A DNA stretch of 64,000 nucleotides from a virus (IMGVR_UViG_3300025132_000021:1-64000); one strand, 5' to 3'; positions 8,517-17,629 are shown, counted from the first letter of the stretch. Notes: generated by a model not told the origin, from the sequence alone. Made by a program: numbers and translations.

Positions 8517-9308
8517 ATGAAATCTGCTTCAGTTGTTTTCGTTACCGCCGATAATCTGATAGGTTTAGGACTTCGTGGAAGTGGTTTAGAATCTCCTTTG
8601 ACATGGGCTGCCATAGGAGGACATCAAGATGATTATGAAACATTACATCAAACAGCCCATCGTGAAGTTTGGGAAGAATTAGGAATTAGAGTTCCCAATC
8701 GTTTAGAATACTTAGGTCATGTTGGAGAAAATTATGTTTTTGTTTGTCGTGTTCCAGATACATTTTCGGTGCGTTTGAATTGGGAGAATCTTGACTTTCA
8801 ATGGAAAACTTTATCAGAGTGGCAAAACCATAAACTACACCCAGAACTGCGTCAAGTGATTCATTCACGCACATTCTTGGCAGAACAGGAGTTTGAAGCC
8901 ATGCCTGAAGAAACAGAAGGTTATTATGGATTTCCTAATGAAAAAGGTGAGTTTGCAGACACAGAAAAGTGGCTCAAAGAGAATTACTTTCCCAAAGACC
9001 CAGACAGTTATTACGATTACGAACCCAAGACTCGTGAAGTAGAACTCCCAAGAGGAGGGACTAAAAACTTTCCTATTAACTGGTGGTTCATCTCGCAAAA
9101 CCTTGAGTTCTGGGAGACCATTCTTGGAATCCCATTCACAGGTAAAATCCCCAAAGTTAAGCAAAAGAAGAGAGTCCGTGGTCCGCACGAGTCTTTCAAT
9201 CCATTTGCACCACAAGCAAAAAAGCAACGAACATCAGATTATTTAGATGAAATTATGAGGCAAAGGCAACAACGACTTTATGATGATTTGAGAGAGTGGG
9301 AAAAGTGA
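8517..9308 (+). CDS. NUDIX hydrolase fused to an unknown C-terminal module
   Basis: Nudix box GGHQDDYETLHQTAHREVWEELGI; junction FLAEQEFEA. Confidence 0.85.
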   Translation: MKSASVVFVTADNLIGLGLRGSGLESPLTWAAIGGHQDDYETLHQTAHREVWEELGIRVPNRLEYLGHVGENYVFVCRVPDTFSVRLNWENLDFQWKTLSEWQNHKLHPELRQVIHSRTFLAEQEFEAMPEETEGYYGFPNEKGEFADTEKWLKENYFPKDPDSYYDYEPKTREVELPRGGTKNFPINWWFISQNLEFWETILGIPFTGKIPKVKQKKRVRGPHESFNPFAPQAKKQRTSDYLDEIMRQRQQRLYDDLREWEK

Positions 9309-9907
9309 GTTCGGGACGCTTTATTAACAGTTGGATAACCAGCGCAGAAGTCCCAGACGCTCAAGCAAAGTTTTTTCATGCAGCCTTGAAAAACATACCT
9401 CTGGACATATTGCTCTCAATGTCTAATACAGAAATAGAAACATCTTTGGCTCGCAAATATGCTAATTTTGACCCAGATGAAGATGTCGGTTTTGCAGGAT
9501 TAGGCTCATTGTTTGGCGACCCCAAGCCCCCACCCACCGCAGAATCAGAATATGGAGATTATTCTTATTCAATCCCTTGGATTGATAGTTTGATGGAAAC
9601 ATTTTCTTCTATTCAGCCGTTTTCTAAAGTCCGTCCACTTAATTTTAATGAATATCAAATGCTTCAGATAATAACAGGAACAGATACTCCAGAGATACAG
9701 AAAAAGGTATTCTCTTATTATTGCCCAAAATGTAGAGCCGAGAAAAAAATTAAATACTCAATGGGAACTCGTTATGATGAAGATGCTGAAGAATACCTTA
9801 AACCATTATTCAATACAGGCAAAGGTGTGAATACTGCCTATTACTTTTGTGATACTTGTTATGAGAATGCTGACGGTTTTGCAGGTTTAGGTTCATTATT
9901 TGGTTAA
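9305..9907 (+). CDS. Protein with two ribosomal stalk (aP1/aP0) C-terminal-like peptides and a Zn ribbon
   Basis: GFAGLGSLFG twice, one at the extreme C terminus; CPKC...CDTC; GTG overlaps upstream TGA. Confidence 0.7.
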   Translation: MSSGRFINSWITSAEVPDAQAKFFHAALKNIPLDILLSMSNTEIETSLARKYANFDPDEDVGFAGLGSLFGDPKPPPTAESEYGDYSYSIPWIDSLMETFSSIQPFSKVRPLNFNEYQMLQIITGTDTPEIQKKVFSYYCPKCRAEKKIKYSMGTRYDEDAEEYLKPLFNTGKGVNTAYYFCDTCYENADGFAGLGSLFG

Positions 9908-10036
9908 ATCCCAGAAAAACGGGACACTGCGAGCCTGTTTCTGGAAATCTTCTGGAATCTGGAAAATCACAAAAGGGTCTTGAAGCCCAGTAATTTTAGA
10001 AAATCATTTTTTTCTATTATTTAGTAGGCATTTCAC

Positions 10037-10555
10037 TTAGACCAAAACATCAGAGAAAAGTTTTTCAATATCAAACATAGCCTCATCATTGAAAGTCCAA
10101 TCTGTCCTTGGACCATTACCAAAGTTTCTAATAACTTTTACGCAACCATCAGCAGAGCCATCAGAGGCTTCTGCTTTGTCCATAAGTTCTTGGATTCTTT
10201 CTTTAGTGAGCCAACCACGCAATTCCAGATATTCTTTGTTTTCAGGCAGATGCCCCATAACATAAATATCCCATTTAGGCTTTTGACCCCACATACGAGT
10301 ATCAAAAGTTGTTTTCATATCAATAGTTAGTTCATCAAACTTGAAATCAGGGTATCTCCAACCCTGTTTGTTAAACACAATCCATTCATAGTCCAATCCT
10401 AAAGATTTCAAATGTTGGTCTAAAGCCATTTCTCCGAGAAGTCCAATGTAGTTATTGGGTGAGGGAAACTTATTCCAAGTTTTTTGAGCATCAAACTTTG
10501 CTTGTTCTCTTTTGGCTTCTGCAACCATTTCGGGAGTAAGTGGAATCCTTATCAT
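10037..10555 (-). CDS. PD-(D/E)xK nuclease-like protein
   Basis: GLLGE...YPDF...IDMKT. Confidence 0.65.
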   Translation of the reverse strand: MIRIPLTPEMVAEAKREQAKFDAQKTWNKFPSPNNYIGLLGEMALDQHLKSLGLDYEWIVFNKQGWRYPDFKFDELTIDMKTTFDTRMWGQKPKWDIYVMGHLPENKEYLELRGWLTKERIQELMDKAEASDGSADGCVKVIRNFGNGPRTDWTFNDEAMFDIEKLFSDVLV

Positions 10556-10606
10556 ACCTTAACATAACAGAGGTAGTATATCATACTTCGGGTCTTGAAG
10601 TCAAGA

Positions 10607-11107
10607 TTAGAAGAGAGGAGAACAGCCGTTCTCATACCATAGTGGTGATTCTTCTTTCCACCGAGGGCCACTTCCACGATTCATATATCCTTTGCCCAGA
10701 TTGTAATAGTTTCGGTAAGACATTACTGGGTCATCTTTGACCTTAAACTTGTCTGGCATACACACTACAAAAGGTTGTAGTTTGCCCGCAGGTATGTATT
10801 TAGCCTTGCTAATACAATGCTCAATTACGGCTTGGCACTTGTGTTCTCGGCCATAGCGACGAGTGTATTCTCGGCACAATTCCATGCCGTGTTTGCCCAG
10901 CCAAAGGAAGTTTTCACGAGTTGCTGAAGCCCATTTAGTGCATGGGTGCGATACATGAGTTGGACCATATTTGGTGCTACGGTATTTGTGGTTTTGTAAA
11001 GCCGTGCATAACATTTGGGCTGTTTCAATTGGCATCTTAACGGTATGCCGATTGCAGAGTTGTCGGGCAGCAGCACGAGGGTCGGAATCTACGATAAAGA
11101 TATTCAT
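10607..11107 (-). CDS. Pyrimidine-dimer DNA glycosylase (T4 endonuclease V-like family)
   Basis: MNIF...HTVKMPIETAQMLCTA...HPCTKWA...EYTRRYG...SYRNYY. Confidence 0.8.
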   Translation of the reverse strand: MNIFIVDSDPRAAARQLCNRHTVKMPIETAQMLCTALQNHKYRSTKYGPTHVSHPCTKWASATRENFLWLGKHGMELCREYTRRYGREHKCQAVIEHCISKAKYIPAGKLQPFVVCMPDKFKVKDDPVMSYRNYYNLGKGYMNRGSGPRWKEESPLWYENGCSPLF

Positions 11108-11115
11108 TCAATCAC

Positions 11116-11340
11116 CTACTGTGGGTTATCTACTAACCACTGTATAAAACTTAATACCTCATTTACCATGTTATCATCTAACTGTTTGACCTCACCGAAG
11201 CGATTACGCAAACAAACCCAGATATGGGCGTAGCCATTACGACCATTCGGGTGTCTGGGTGAGAATGGTAGAGTTTTTGTTAAAATATCCCCTGCTACCC
11301 CTACTGTTTGGGTGATTCTTTGCCAATTTTGTTCATTCAT
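11116..11340 (-). CDS. Small conserved hypothetical protein
   Basis: HPNGRNGYAHIW motif; within minus-strand operon. Confidence 0.65.
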   Translation of the reverse strand: MNEQNWQRITQTVGVAGDILTKTLPFSPRHPNGRNGYAHIWVCLRNRFGEVKQLDDNMVNEVLSFIQWLVDNPQ

Positions 11341-11346
11341 TGTGCA

Positions 11347-12174
11347 TCAACTCTGATAATCAGGACACCACCAAGTCCTACGGCGGTCTGGAGTTTCCTC
11401 TTGAACAACTTTATGTCCATGTTTAGAAACTCTTTTGGAATAGCATTCAAACTCAAAACGGTAATCACCAGTGCTACCATCAGGCAACACATAATCACGA
11501 ATAGTAGCCCCACGACAGTCATAAGAGGCATTGATTACAAAAAGAGTCTGGTCATAAATGGCTCGTAAATTATCGTCCGTGAGTTCTTCTACACTATGCC
11601 ATGGACTAACCTTAGCACGATAGAGAACTTCTGCTTTGATATAGTTTCCGATGCCTGAAACCACCTTTTGGTCCATTAGTGCTTTGGTGATATTCCAATG
11701 GTTTTTCTTTCGTAGACGCATCACGAACTCATCAAAACTCGGAGGGTCATTAAGCATATCAGGACCAAGCGTAGCCAGTTTCTTATCCAGCGTAGAATTA
11801 TCCTTGTGGAAAATCTTGAAAGTTCCAAACCGTCGTGTATCACGATAGTAAGTCAATTTACCATCTAAGGTTTCTAACTTGAGCATCACATGATTCTTTG
11901 GGTTGTAAGTTCTCCAAGTCCCACTCATACCTAATGTATGCCAAATCTCCCATTCACCACCATTTAGTGTGAACCAGATAAACTTTCCTTTACAGTTGAT
12001 ACCATCAATCTTTAATGGTTTATCATCTAATACTGCCCTCAAATCGTGGATTTGGTCTCGCACCTGTTTAGAGCAATAACTCTCATTCTCAAAATGAATT
12101 GCACGCAATTCTTCCCCCGCCAACCGCTTATTCAAACGCTCAACAATACGCTTTACTTCAGGACCTTCAGGCAT
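11347..12174 (-). CDS. mutM: Fpg/Nei DNA glycosylase/AP lyase (zinc-less finger type)
   Basis: N-terminal MPEGPEV, KGKF, HTLGMSG, DTRRFG, LGPD, LMDQKVVSGIGN; start 12174 is 31 nt after TTAATAAG. Confidence 0.93.
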   Translation of the reverse strand: MPEGPEVKRIVERLNKRLAGEELRAIHFENESYCSKQVRDQIHDLRAVLDDKPLKIDGINCKGKFIWFTLNGGEWEIWHTLGMSGTWRTYNPKNHVMLKLETLDGKLTYYRDTRRFGTFKIFHKDNSTLDKKLATLGPDMLNDPPSFDEFVMRLRKKNHWNITKALMDQKVVSGIGNYIKAEVLYRAKVSPWHSVEELTDDNLRAIYDQTLFVINASYDCRGATIRDYVLPDGSTGDYRFEFECYSKRVSKHGHKVVQEETPDRRRTWWCPDYQS

Positions 12175-12200
12175 ACATAAAGTATGTAATATCACTCTTA

Positions 12201-14495
12201 TTAACTAATGCTGACCGAGTTAGCAAAGTGGTCTGCACTGACCTCATCACCAATACGATACTTAACTAATACTTCATAAGTTCCAGTAGTTAAATCACCG
12301 AAAAGTTCTACATCATCAACATCTAAAACAATTGTTCCATTAGCATAAACATTGTGAACACCATTTTCTTGGAAATCACTAATGTCATAATAAGTTCCAT
12401 TTTGATATAGCGTAATACTTATTTCAATAGCCTCATAACAAGAAGATTCATCAGGACCATCATGCGTAATATCCCATGTTAGTGTCAAGTTATCATCAGC
12501 GTCTTTACCCAGAACCAATGAATTAGAAGTTAGAGTTAGGTTGCTACAATCAACAGGCTCATCTGACTCCGTGATAATTTCTTGATTCAAAGCACTTCGT
12601 TCAATAAATTGTTGAGTTCCATTTCCATCAACCCAAATAGCATACCAATAGAAATCATAGTTAGTAATTTCTTCATCAGTAAAGTTATCTAATTTCAAAA
12701 ATCGGGTATCATCAGTATAGCCTTGAATGTATTGTAAGCCAGTAACATATTTGATAACTTCTTCCTGTGCGACTTCGCCCGCAGGATACACAATAAATTG
12801 AGTGGAAACATTGTATCCTTCTAAATCGTTAGTATTGTATCCACAATCTAAATCATAAAAGAAGAAAGCCTCATGGTTTTCAGTAATGTTGAAGTTCCAA
12901 TCAAATAAGTTGATTTCACAAACTTCTTCAGGTTCTTGGTAATTTACATACACCCACGCATGAGATTCTTCAGCAATATCTTCTTCATTCTGGAAGATGA
13001 TTACTTCAGGTTGCCAATCTCCATTAGGAACATCATTGAAAGTGTAAGCGTAATAATTGCTGGTTTCACTAATGCTATTTTCGTGAGTAATATCTTCTTC
13101 CTCGTTATCATCAACAGGGATTAAGTTTATTTCAATATCCCATGGGTCATTACAATCAGTCCCTTCGGTTTGGGCGATATAAAACATTACAGTTACATCT
13201 GTTTCCGAGACAGTGGCTTGTAGATTATCAATAACCGCTTCACAAGGCACATAATCAGGAATCTCGTCTACGACTTCAGTATTGGTCATCTCACAACAGT
13301 TTTCTTCTTCGCCTTCAATCCACCAACGGAACTCAACTTTCCAATCACCATCTTCTACATCACGCATTAACTCATTATCATCTTGATTGATGTTGAAATA
13401 AGTCATACCTATGTCTTGAACATAATAGTTGTTGTTAGCAATAAAATAATCTTGGTAACCATCATTCTTATACAGGGCTAATTGCATCTGGATAGGAGTA
13501 GGGTCATTACAATCACCGTTGTCTTGATATTCTACATACAAGTTCAAATCATTACCATTAGCAGTTAGGACTAATTCATTGACTACTATATCAGTATTAC
13601 AATCATCATCTGGATTCTCCATAGTTACTAATGCACTTGGACCACTCCAATGGCTTCCATCGGAGTAATAATCTACACGCACGATGTAATCGCCCACAGG
13701 CACATCATACACATGATGACTGATTCTAAACTCATCATGGAACTTTTCATAAGAAGACCAAGTATCATATTCTTGACCATTTTCATCATTGATAACTTTT
13801 ACTTCAAAGAATCCTTGGTCCATGTGTCGGTTGCATCTGTTCCAATCATTAAACAAAACTACTACTTCTATATCATTGTTGTAGCCTTCGCCGTTAGCAT
13901 CCCAATCACGAATTAAAACTTCGTCCCAACGCCAATCTTCATTACAGGGTGGACCAGTGGTATCCCAATAACAAGAACCATCATCATTAGTAGCATCTGG
14001 CATATAATTTTCTGCATCGGGGTCTGTGCAACCCCAAATCTCATAGTATTCATCATCTTCCCAACTGTTTCCACCATCTTCATTATCTAAAAAGAAGTCT
14101 AATCCTACTCCACCAGTTAGTAATAACATCACAGGGGCAATAATAACGATAATTTTACGAAGGTTTTGAGCCTTTCGTTCAACCGAAGCAATAGCACGGT
14201 CTACAATATCTCCTTCAAGAGTAGTTTCTACTGCTACTTCTGTTTTGTTATTGCCACCATTTAATACAGTATTATCAGAAACTTGTTGGTTGATATTTTG
14301 AACAGTAGCAATCAATTCTGCCGCTTCTTTTAATTGTTCTACTAATGAGGCATCCTTTTTTTCCTCATTAGAAAGATTAACTACTCCATCATCTAATAAA
14401 TCTTCAATAATCTTTTGTTCAGAACGACCTGTGGCTTCTGCGATAATTTTTGCTTTTTCTCTTAGTTCATCAGTTACTTCATCATCAGTCATCAT
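12201..14495 (-). CDS. Large acidic single-pass membrane/surface protein with repeated Ig-like beta domains
   Basis: TM IIVIIAPVMLLLTGGVGL; GCTDPDAENYMPDATNDDGSC motif; repeated beta-rich acidic domains. Confidence 0.75.
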   Translation of the reverse strand: MMTDDEVTDELREKAKIIAEATGRSEQKIIEDLLDDGVVNLSNEEKKDASLVEQLKEAAELIATVQNINQQVSDNTVLNGGNNKTEVAVETTLEGDIVDRAIASVERKAQNLRKIIVIIAPVMLLLTGGVGLDFFLDNEDGGNSWEDDEYYEIWGCTDPDAENYMPDATNDDGSCYWDTTGPPCNEDWRWDEVLIRDWDANGEGYNNDIEVVVLFNDWNRCNRHMDQGFFEVKVINDENGQEYDTWSSYEKFHDEFRISHHVYDVPVGDYIVRVDYYSDGSHWSGPSALVTMENPDDDCNTDIVVNELVLTANGNDLNLYVEYQDNGDCNDPTPIQMQLALYKNDGYQDYFIANNNYYVQDIGMTYFNINQDDNELMRDVEDGDWKVEFRWWIEGEEENCCEMTNTEVVDEIPDYVPCEAVIDNLQATVSETDVTVMFYIAQTEGTDCNDPWDIEINLIPVDDNEEEDITHENSISETSNYYAYTFNDVPNGDWQPEVIIFQNEEDIAEESHAWVYVNYQEPEEVCEINLFDWNFNITENHEAFFFYDLDCGYNTNDLEGYNVSTQFIVYPAGEVAQEEVIKYVTGLQYIQGYTDDTRFLKLDNFTDEEITNYDFYWYAIWVDGNGTQQFIERSALNQEIITESDEPVDCSNLTLTSNSLVLGKDADDNLTLTWDITHDGPDESSCYEAIEISITLYQNGTYYDISDFQENGVHNVYANGTIVLDVDDVELFGDLTTGTYEVLVKYRIGDEVSADHFANSVSIS

Positions 14496-14842
14496 TCTTC
14501 CTCCAACATCACAACAATAGGTTCATCTTCTTCTTGTAATCTGTCTCTGGCTCTCCGAATATCGTTTTCAGTTTTATGTTGTCTACGAATAGACTCTATG
14601 TATTCTTCTTCTTCAGCGTTCCAACGGTCAAAGAATCTTGAAATAGCCATATATGCAGGACCACTTAGAATACCAAGAACTGCGATGTAGGCTTCAATGT
14701 CCTCTCGGACTTCTGGATTTACAAAAGCCGTAGTAATCAATTGATACGATAAAACCATGAAAACAAGGATAAGTGGAAGGGATACTAAAGCCACCATAAT
14801 GTTGTTAAATGTCAATCGGACATCCCATTCAATCTTAGACAT
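14492..14842 (-). CDS. Two-TM membrane protein
   Basis: Two hydrophobic helices; promoter 30 nt upstream. Confidence 0.7.
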   Translation of the reverse strand: MSKIEWDVRLTFNNIMVALVSLPLILVFMVLSYQLITTAFVNPEVREDIEAYIAVLGILSGPAYMAISRFFDRWNAEEEEYIESIRRQHKTENDIRRARDRLQEEDEPIVVMLEEE

Positions 14843-14861
14843 GGGTTTTAGTGGTCTGTTT

Positions 14862-14872
14862 TGATACTTAAG
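14862..14872 (-). promoter_or_regulatory. CTTAAGTATCA promoter box (minus strand)
   Basis: 30 nt before ATG 14842. Confidence 0.75.
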
Positions 14873-14893
14873 TTTTACGCTTTAATGCGAAAC

Positions 14894-14901
14894 TTTATAT
14901 C
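14894..14901 (+). promoter_or_regulatory. TATA box for ncRNA
   Basis: TTTATATC 30 nt before start of first helix (14924). Confidence 0.6.
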
Positions 14902-14923
14902 AGTGAAAACTCCTATGTAATTT

Positions 14924-15196
14924 AGACGAAGGAGGTTCTGTAAGGTTAAGGAAGGCCAACCAATCAAGCGAGATGGATTAGCGGGTAGTAGCGAACAGCG
15001 AACCCTGTGAACCAACCTCGTTTGAGGTAGGAGATAACTTAACATATAATGCTCTCACCGCAAGTGGGCGGCTCTTACGCAAATATAAAATAGAAAGTGC
15101 TTTTCCACGAAAGAGGCAAACACTTTCAAAAAAGAAACGAGGTGGTATGCAGCGAAATCGGTTTGCTACTGAAAGTAACTGCGTATCATCTCACCC
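14924..15196 (+). ncRNA. Structured ncRNA of about 270 nt, unknown class
   Basis: No ORF; multiple helices with G-U pairs (14924-14938/15009-15023; 15027-15033/15072-15078; 15093-15099/15121-15127; 15139-15152/15179-15192); 10-bp long-range pairing 14987-14996/15161-15170. Confidence 0.7.
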
Positions 15197-15263
15197 CATT
15201 CCATTCATTTTCACAAACCATTAAGTAGTAGAATATCTAATGTATTATTAGGAGACACCGGGC

Positions 15264-15584
15264 ATGAACCCACATTTAGAACAAGTTTATGGCGTTATTT
15301 TTGAGCATTGGAATCGTGAAAATAACCAAGTCAAAATCTCTATGCCAGTCCTGTTAATTATTGAAAATCATTTTGGGTCAGATGGAGAAGATTTAATGAT
15401 TAACATTCAAGATTTGACCCTCCGTTATTGGTTATGTCGCAGAGACATTGTAGACCACATAGAACTTTCTATGCCAGATTTGCCTTTGGAAATTATTCCT
15501 AAAGAAGTAGATAAAGTTTTGAAGCGAGTATTAGGTTTAGACGATTATACACGCAGATACATTAGAGATTCATTATCAGGGTGA
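15264..15584 (+). CDS. Hypothetical protein
   Basis: ORF with upstream TTAAGTAG box and AGGAG SD. Confidence 0.6.
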   Translation: MNPHLEQVYGVIFEHWNRENNQVKISMPVLLIIENHFGSDGEDLMINIQDLTLRYWLCRRDIVDHIELSMPDLPLEIIPKEVDKVLKRVLGLDDYTRRYIRDSLSG

Positions 15585-15588
15585 ACGA

Positions 15589-15771
15589 ATGAAGAATCAA
15601 CAACCGTCTAAACGCAACAAAGCGTGGCGTGAGCATCGTCAGCCAAAGCATGAAGAAACCGACATTGATGAACTCAATTTAGAAATCCTTGGGCTTTGGA
15701 GATGTCCCGATTGTGAACTCATGCAACCATTAGCCCATTATGAATGTCAAAAGTGCGGTTTTGTGCGTTAG
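15589..15771 (+). CDS. Small RanBP2-like zinc ribbon protein
   Basis: WRCPDC...CQKCGFVR; GGGTGA SD. Confidence 0.65.
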   Translation: MKNQQPSKRNKAWREHRQPKHEETDIDELNLEILGLWRCPDCELMQPLAHYECQKCGFVR

Positions 15772-15802
15772 TTTATATGGGTCATCGGACTTATGTTTAA
15801 GT

Positions 15803-16381
15803 ATGAGCCGTAAAATTGTGAACATGGTAGCCAGCACCAGACTAACCGACACCATTGATTTGTATGATGTCGCAAACACCCTTGACCTTGATTTTGAGGC
15901 CGAACAATTCCCGGGCATGGTCTATCGTGTCGGAGAAGATACTCACGGAGAAGGCGCACCTAAAGTTTGTTTGCTACTCTTTGGTTCTGGTCGTGTAGTT
16001 GCCACAGGAGCCAAGTCTTATGATGATGTAGTTATCGCTATGAATCACATTGTTGATGACCTCAAGAACCATGAGTTTGAACTCTGGGATTTTGATGAGG
16101 ACGACATTCAAGTGCAAAACATTGTTATGACTTATGATTACGGACACACACTTCACCTGCACAATCTTGTGCTGGCACTTCCGTTTGAGCGAAGCGAATA
16201 CGAACCAGAGCAATTCCCCGGATTGATTTTCCGCCTTGAGGAAACTTCAGGAGTCTGTCTGATTTTCTCATCAGGCAAGTGTGTTATCACAGGAACTAAC
16301 TCTCCTGACGAAGCAGAAGAAGCCATTGAGGAACTCAAGATGGAACTTGACGCTGTGCGTAGTGTTTCTTCTATTGTTTGA
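15803..16381 (+). CDS. tbp: TATA-box binding protein
   Basis: Two TBP repeats: NMVAS..EQFPGMVYR..LFGSGRVVATGAK and NIVMT..YEPEQFPGLIFR..IFSSGKCVITG; TTTATATG box 31 nt upstream. Confidence 0.97.
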   Translation: MSRKIVNMVASTRLTDTIDLYDVANTLDLDFEAEQFPGMVYRVGEDTHGEGAPKVCLLLFGSGRVVATGAKSYDDVVIAMNHIVDDLKNHEFELWDFDEDDIQVQNIVMTYDYGHTLHLHNLVLALPFERSEYEPEQFPGLIFRLEETSGVCLIFSSGKCVITGTNSPDEAEEAIEELKMELDAVRSVSSIV

Positions 16382-16420
16382 TACTAACTTTTAAGTAGCA
16401 GCGTCGTTGAATTATCACTC

Positions 16421-17128
16421 ATGCCAGATATTTCTGTGGTTTATTTCAATTCAGCCAATATGTTCCGTTTCAACAAATTGGCTGTGGCTATGAAAGTTCT
16501 TAAACATGGTCTTCTCCGCCGCCAAGGTGGCACGATTCCATACGAAGTAGATTATTACATTAAACGCAGAACACAATTTGAACGCATAGACTGGTTAAAA
16601 ATGGCTTCTCACGGTAAGCGTGATGTTGAGATTCCTATGCCAAGTCATAGCGGCGATAAGGATGTTAAATCAATAAATGAAATTATTATCAATCTTTTGA
16701 AAATCATAGCGAACTCATCCCTGACACATATTATCACAGATGACCTTTTCACTTTAGAGATTTTAGATTATACTTTGAGTATGATAAAAGCAACTGAAAC
16801 AGAGTATGGAAGCATTCGGATTTCTTATCTGGGCAGTAAAGAAGGATTGAACAACGAAGAAGTTTTCAAAATGGAGCATTGGTTTGACTTAATAGACATG
16901 GAGTATTCACCACCTGCACCTATGACTGGGGCGAGGATGACATCATGTATTTTTAACATAGAATTGGACTACTACATTTGTGATTCTAAATTACAACTCT
17001 CGTCAGATAGGTTAATGAACTTGTCTTCTGATATATCAGAAGATGTTAGTAGTCAAGTGTCCAAACTTTATATGGACATAGAAAGGTTAAGGACAAGCAG
17101 GACATCACGCACTTTCAAGACTAAGTGA
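16421..17128 (+). CDS. Hypothetical protein
   Basis: 235-aa ORF 31 nt after TTTAAGTAG (16390). Confidence 0.65.
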   Translation: MPDISVVYFNSANMFRFNKLAVAMKVLKHGLLRRQGGTIPYEVDYYIKRRTQFERIDWLKMASHGKRDVEIPMPSHSGDKDVKSINEIIINLLKIIANSSLTHIITDDLFTLEILDYTLSMIKATETEYGSIRISYLGSKEGLNNEEVFKMEHWFDLIDMEYSPPAPMTGARMTSCIFNIELDYYICDSKLQLSSDRLMNLSSDISEDVSSQVSKLYMDIERLRTSRTSRTFKTK

Positions 17129-17137
17129 TAGCAAATC

Positions 17138-17148
17138 TTTAAGTATCA
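17138..17148 (+). promoter_or_regulatory. TTTAAGTATCA promoter box
   Basis: 30 nt before ATG 17168. Confidence 0.8.
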
Positions 17149-17167
17149 GTTCAGACCACCAACTATT

Positions 17168-17629
17168 ATGTTGGTAGCACTAACAGGCACAATGATTGGA
17201 TTTGGAGCCTTCGGATATTCTATTGTTAAACTTAAAGACCGTCAATGGCGTGAAGCCGCAATCGCTATGGTTGGCGGTGCTGCTGTGCTTTCCATTGTAG
17301 GTTGGAATCTTAATCGTTTGAAGGACGATGCAACGAAAGTTTTCGGTGCAGACTACATGAAGCGTAATGAAGTTGAAAAAGTTCTTGATGAATCTGCTGG
17401 CAAAATTGTCGGTGTAACTTTCATTAAGAAAGATGGTTCAGAGCGCACACTTGTTGGCAGGATTGGCAAGAGATACTCCCCAACGGGAACTGACCCGTTA
17501 GGTGGCAAAGCCGCCCGCCGAGGTCGTGGACTATTCACAATTTATGATATGCAAAAGCAAGCCTTCCGCATGGTAAATATGGATACAGTTATCAGCATTC
17601 GTGCTGGTGGAAAGACCTACCGTGCGTGA
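17168..17629 (+). CDS. Two N-terminal TM helices plus WYL_2/DUF2693-like Sm/SH3 barrel
   Basis: VTFIKKDGSERTLVG...IYDMQKQAFRMVNMDTVISI; FGAD junction. Confidence 0.7.
   Translation: MLVALTGTMIGFGAFGYSIVKLKDRQWREAAIAMVGGAAVLSIVGWNLNRLKDDATKVFGADYMKRNEVEKVLDESAGKIVGVTFIKKDGSERTLVGRIGKRYSPTGTDPLGGKAARRGRGLFTIYDMQKQAFRMVNMDTVISIRAGGKTYRA

Noticed and set aside
14924-15196. RNase P, SRP or group I intron assignment
   Set aside because: Diagnostic conserved motifs (GAGGAAAGUCC; SRP helix 8; P/Q/R/S elements) were not found by eye.
15890-15905. FEAE in TBP as a cleavage site
   Set aside because: It is a variant of the conserved YEPEQFPG TBP motif inside the fold; probably a chance match.
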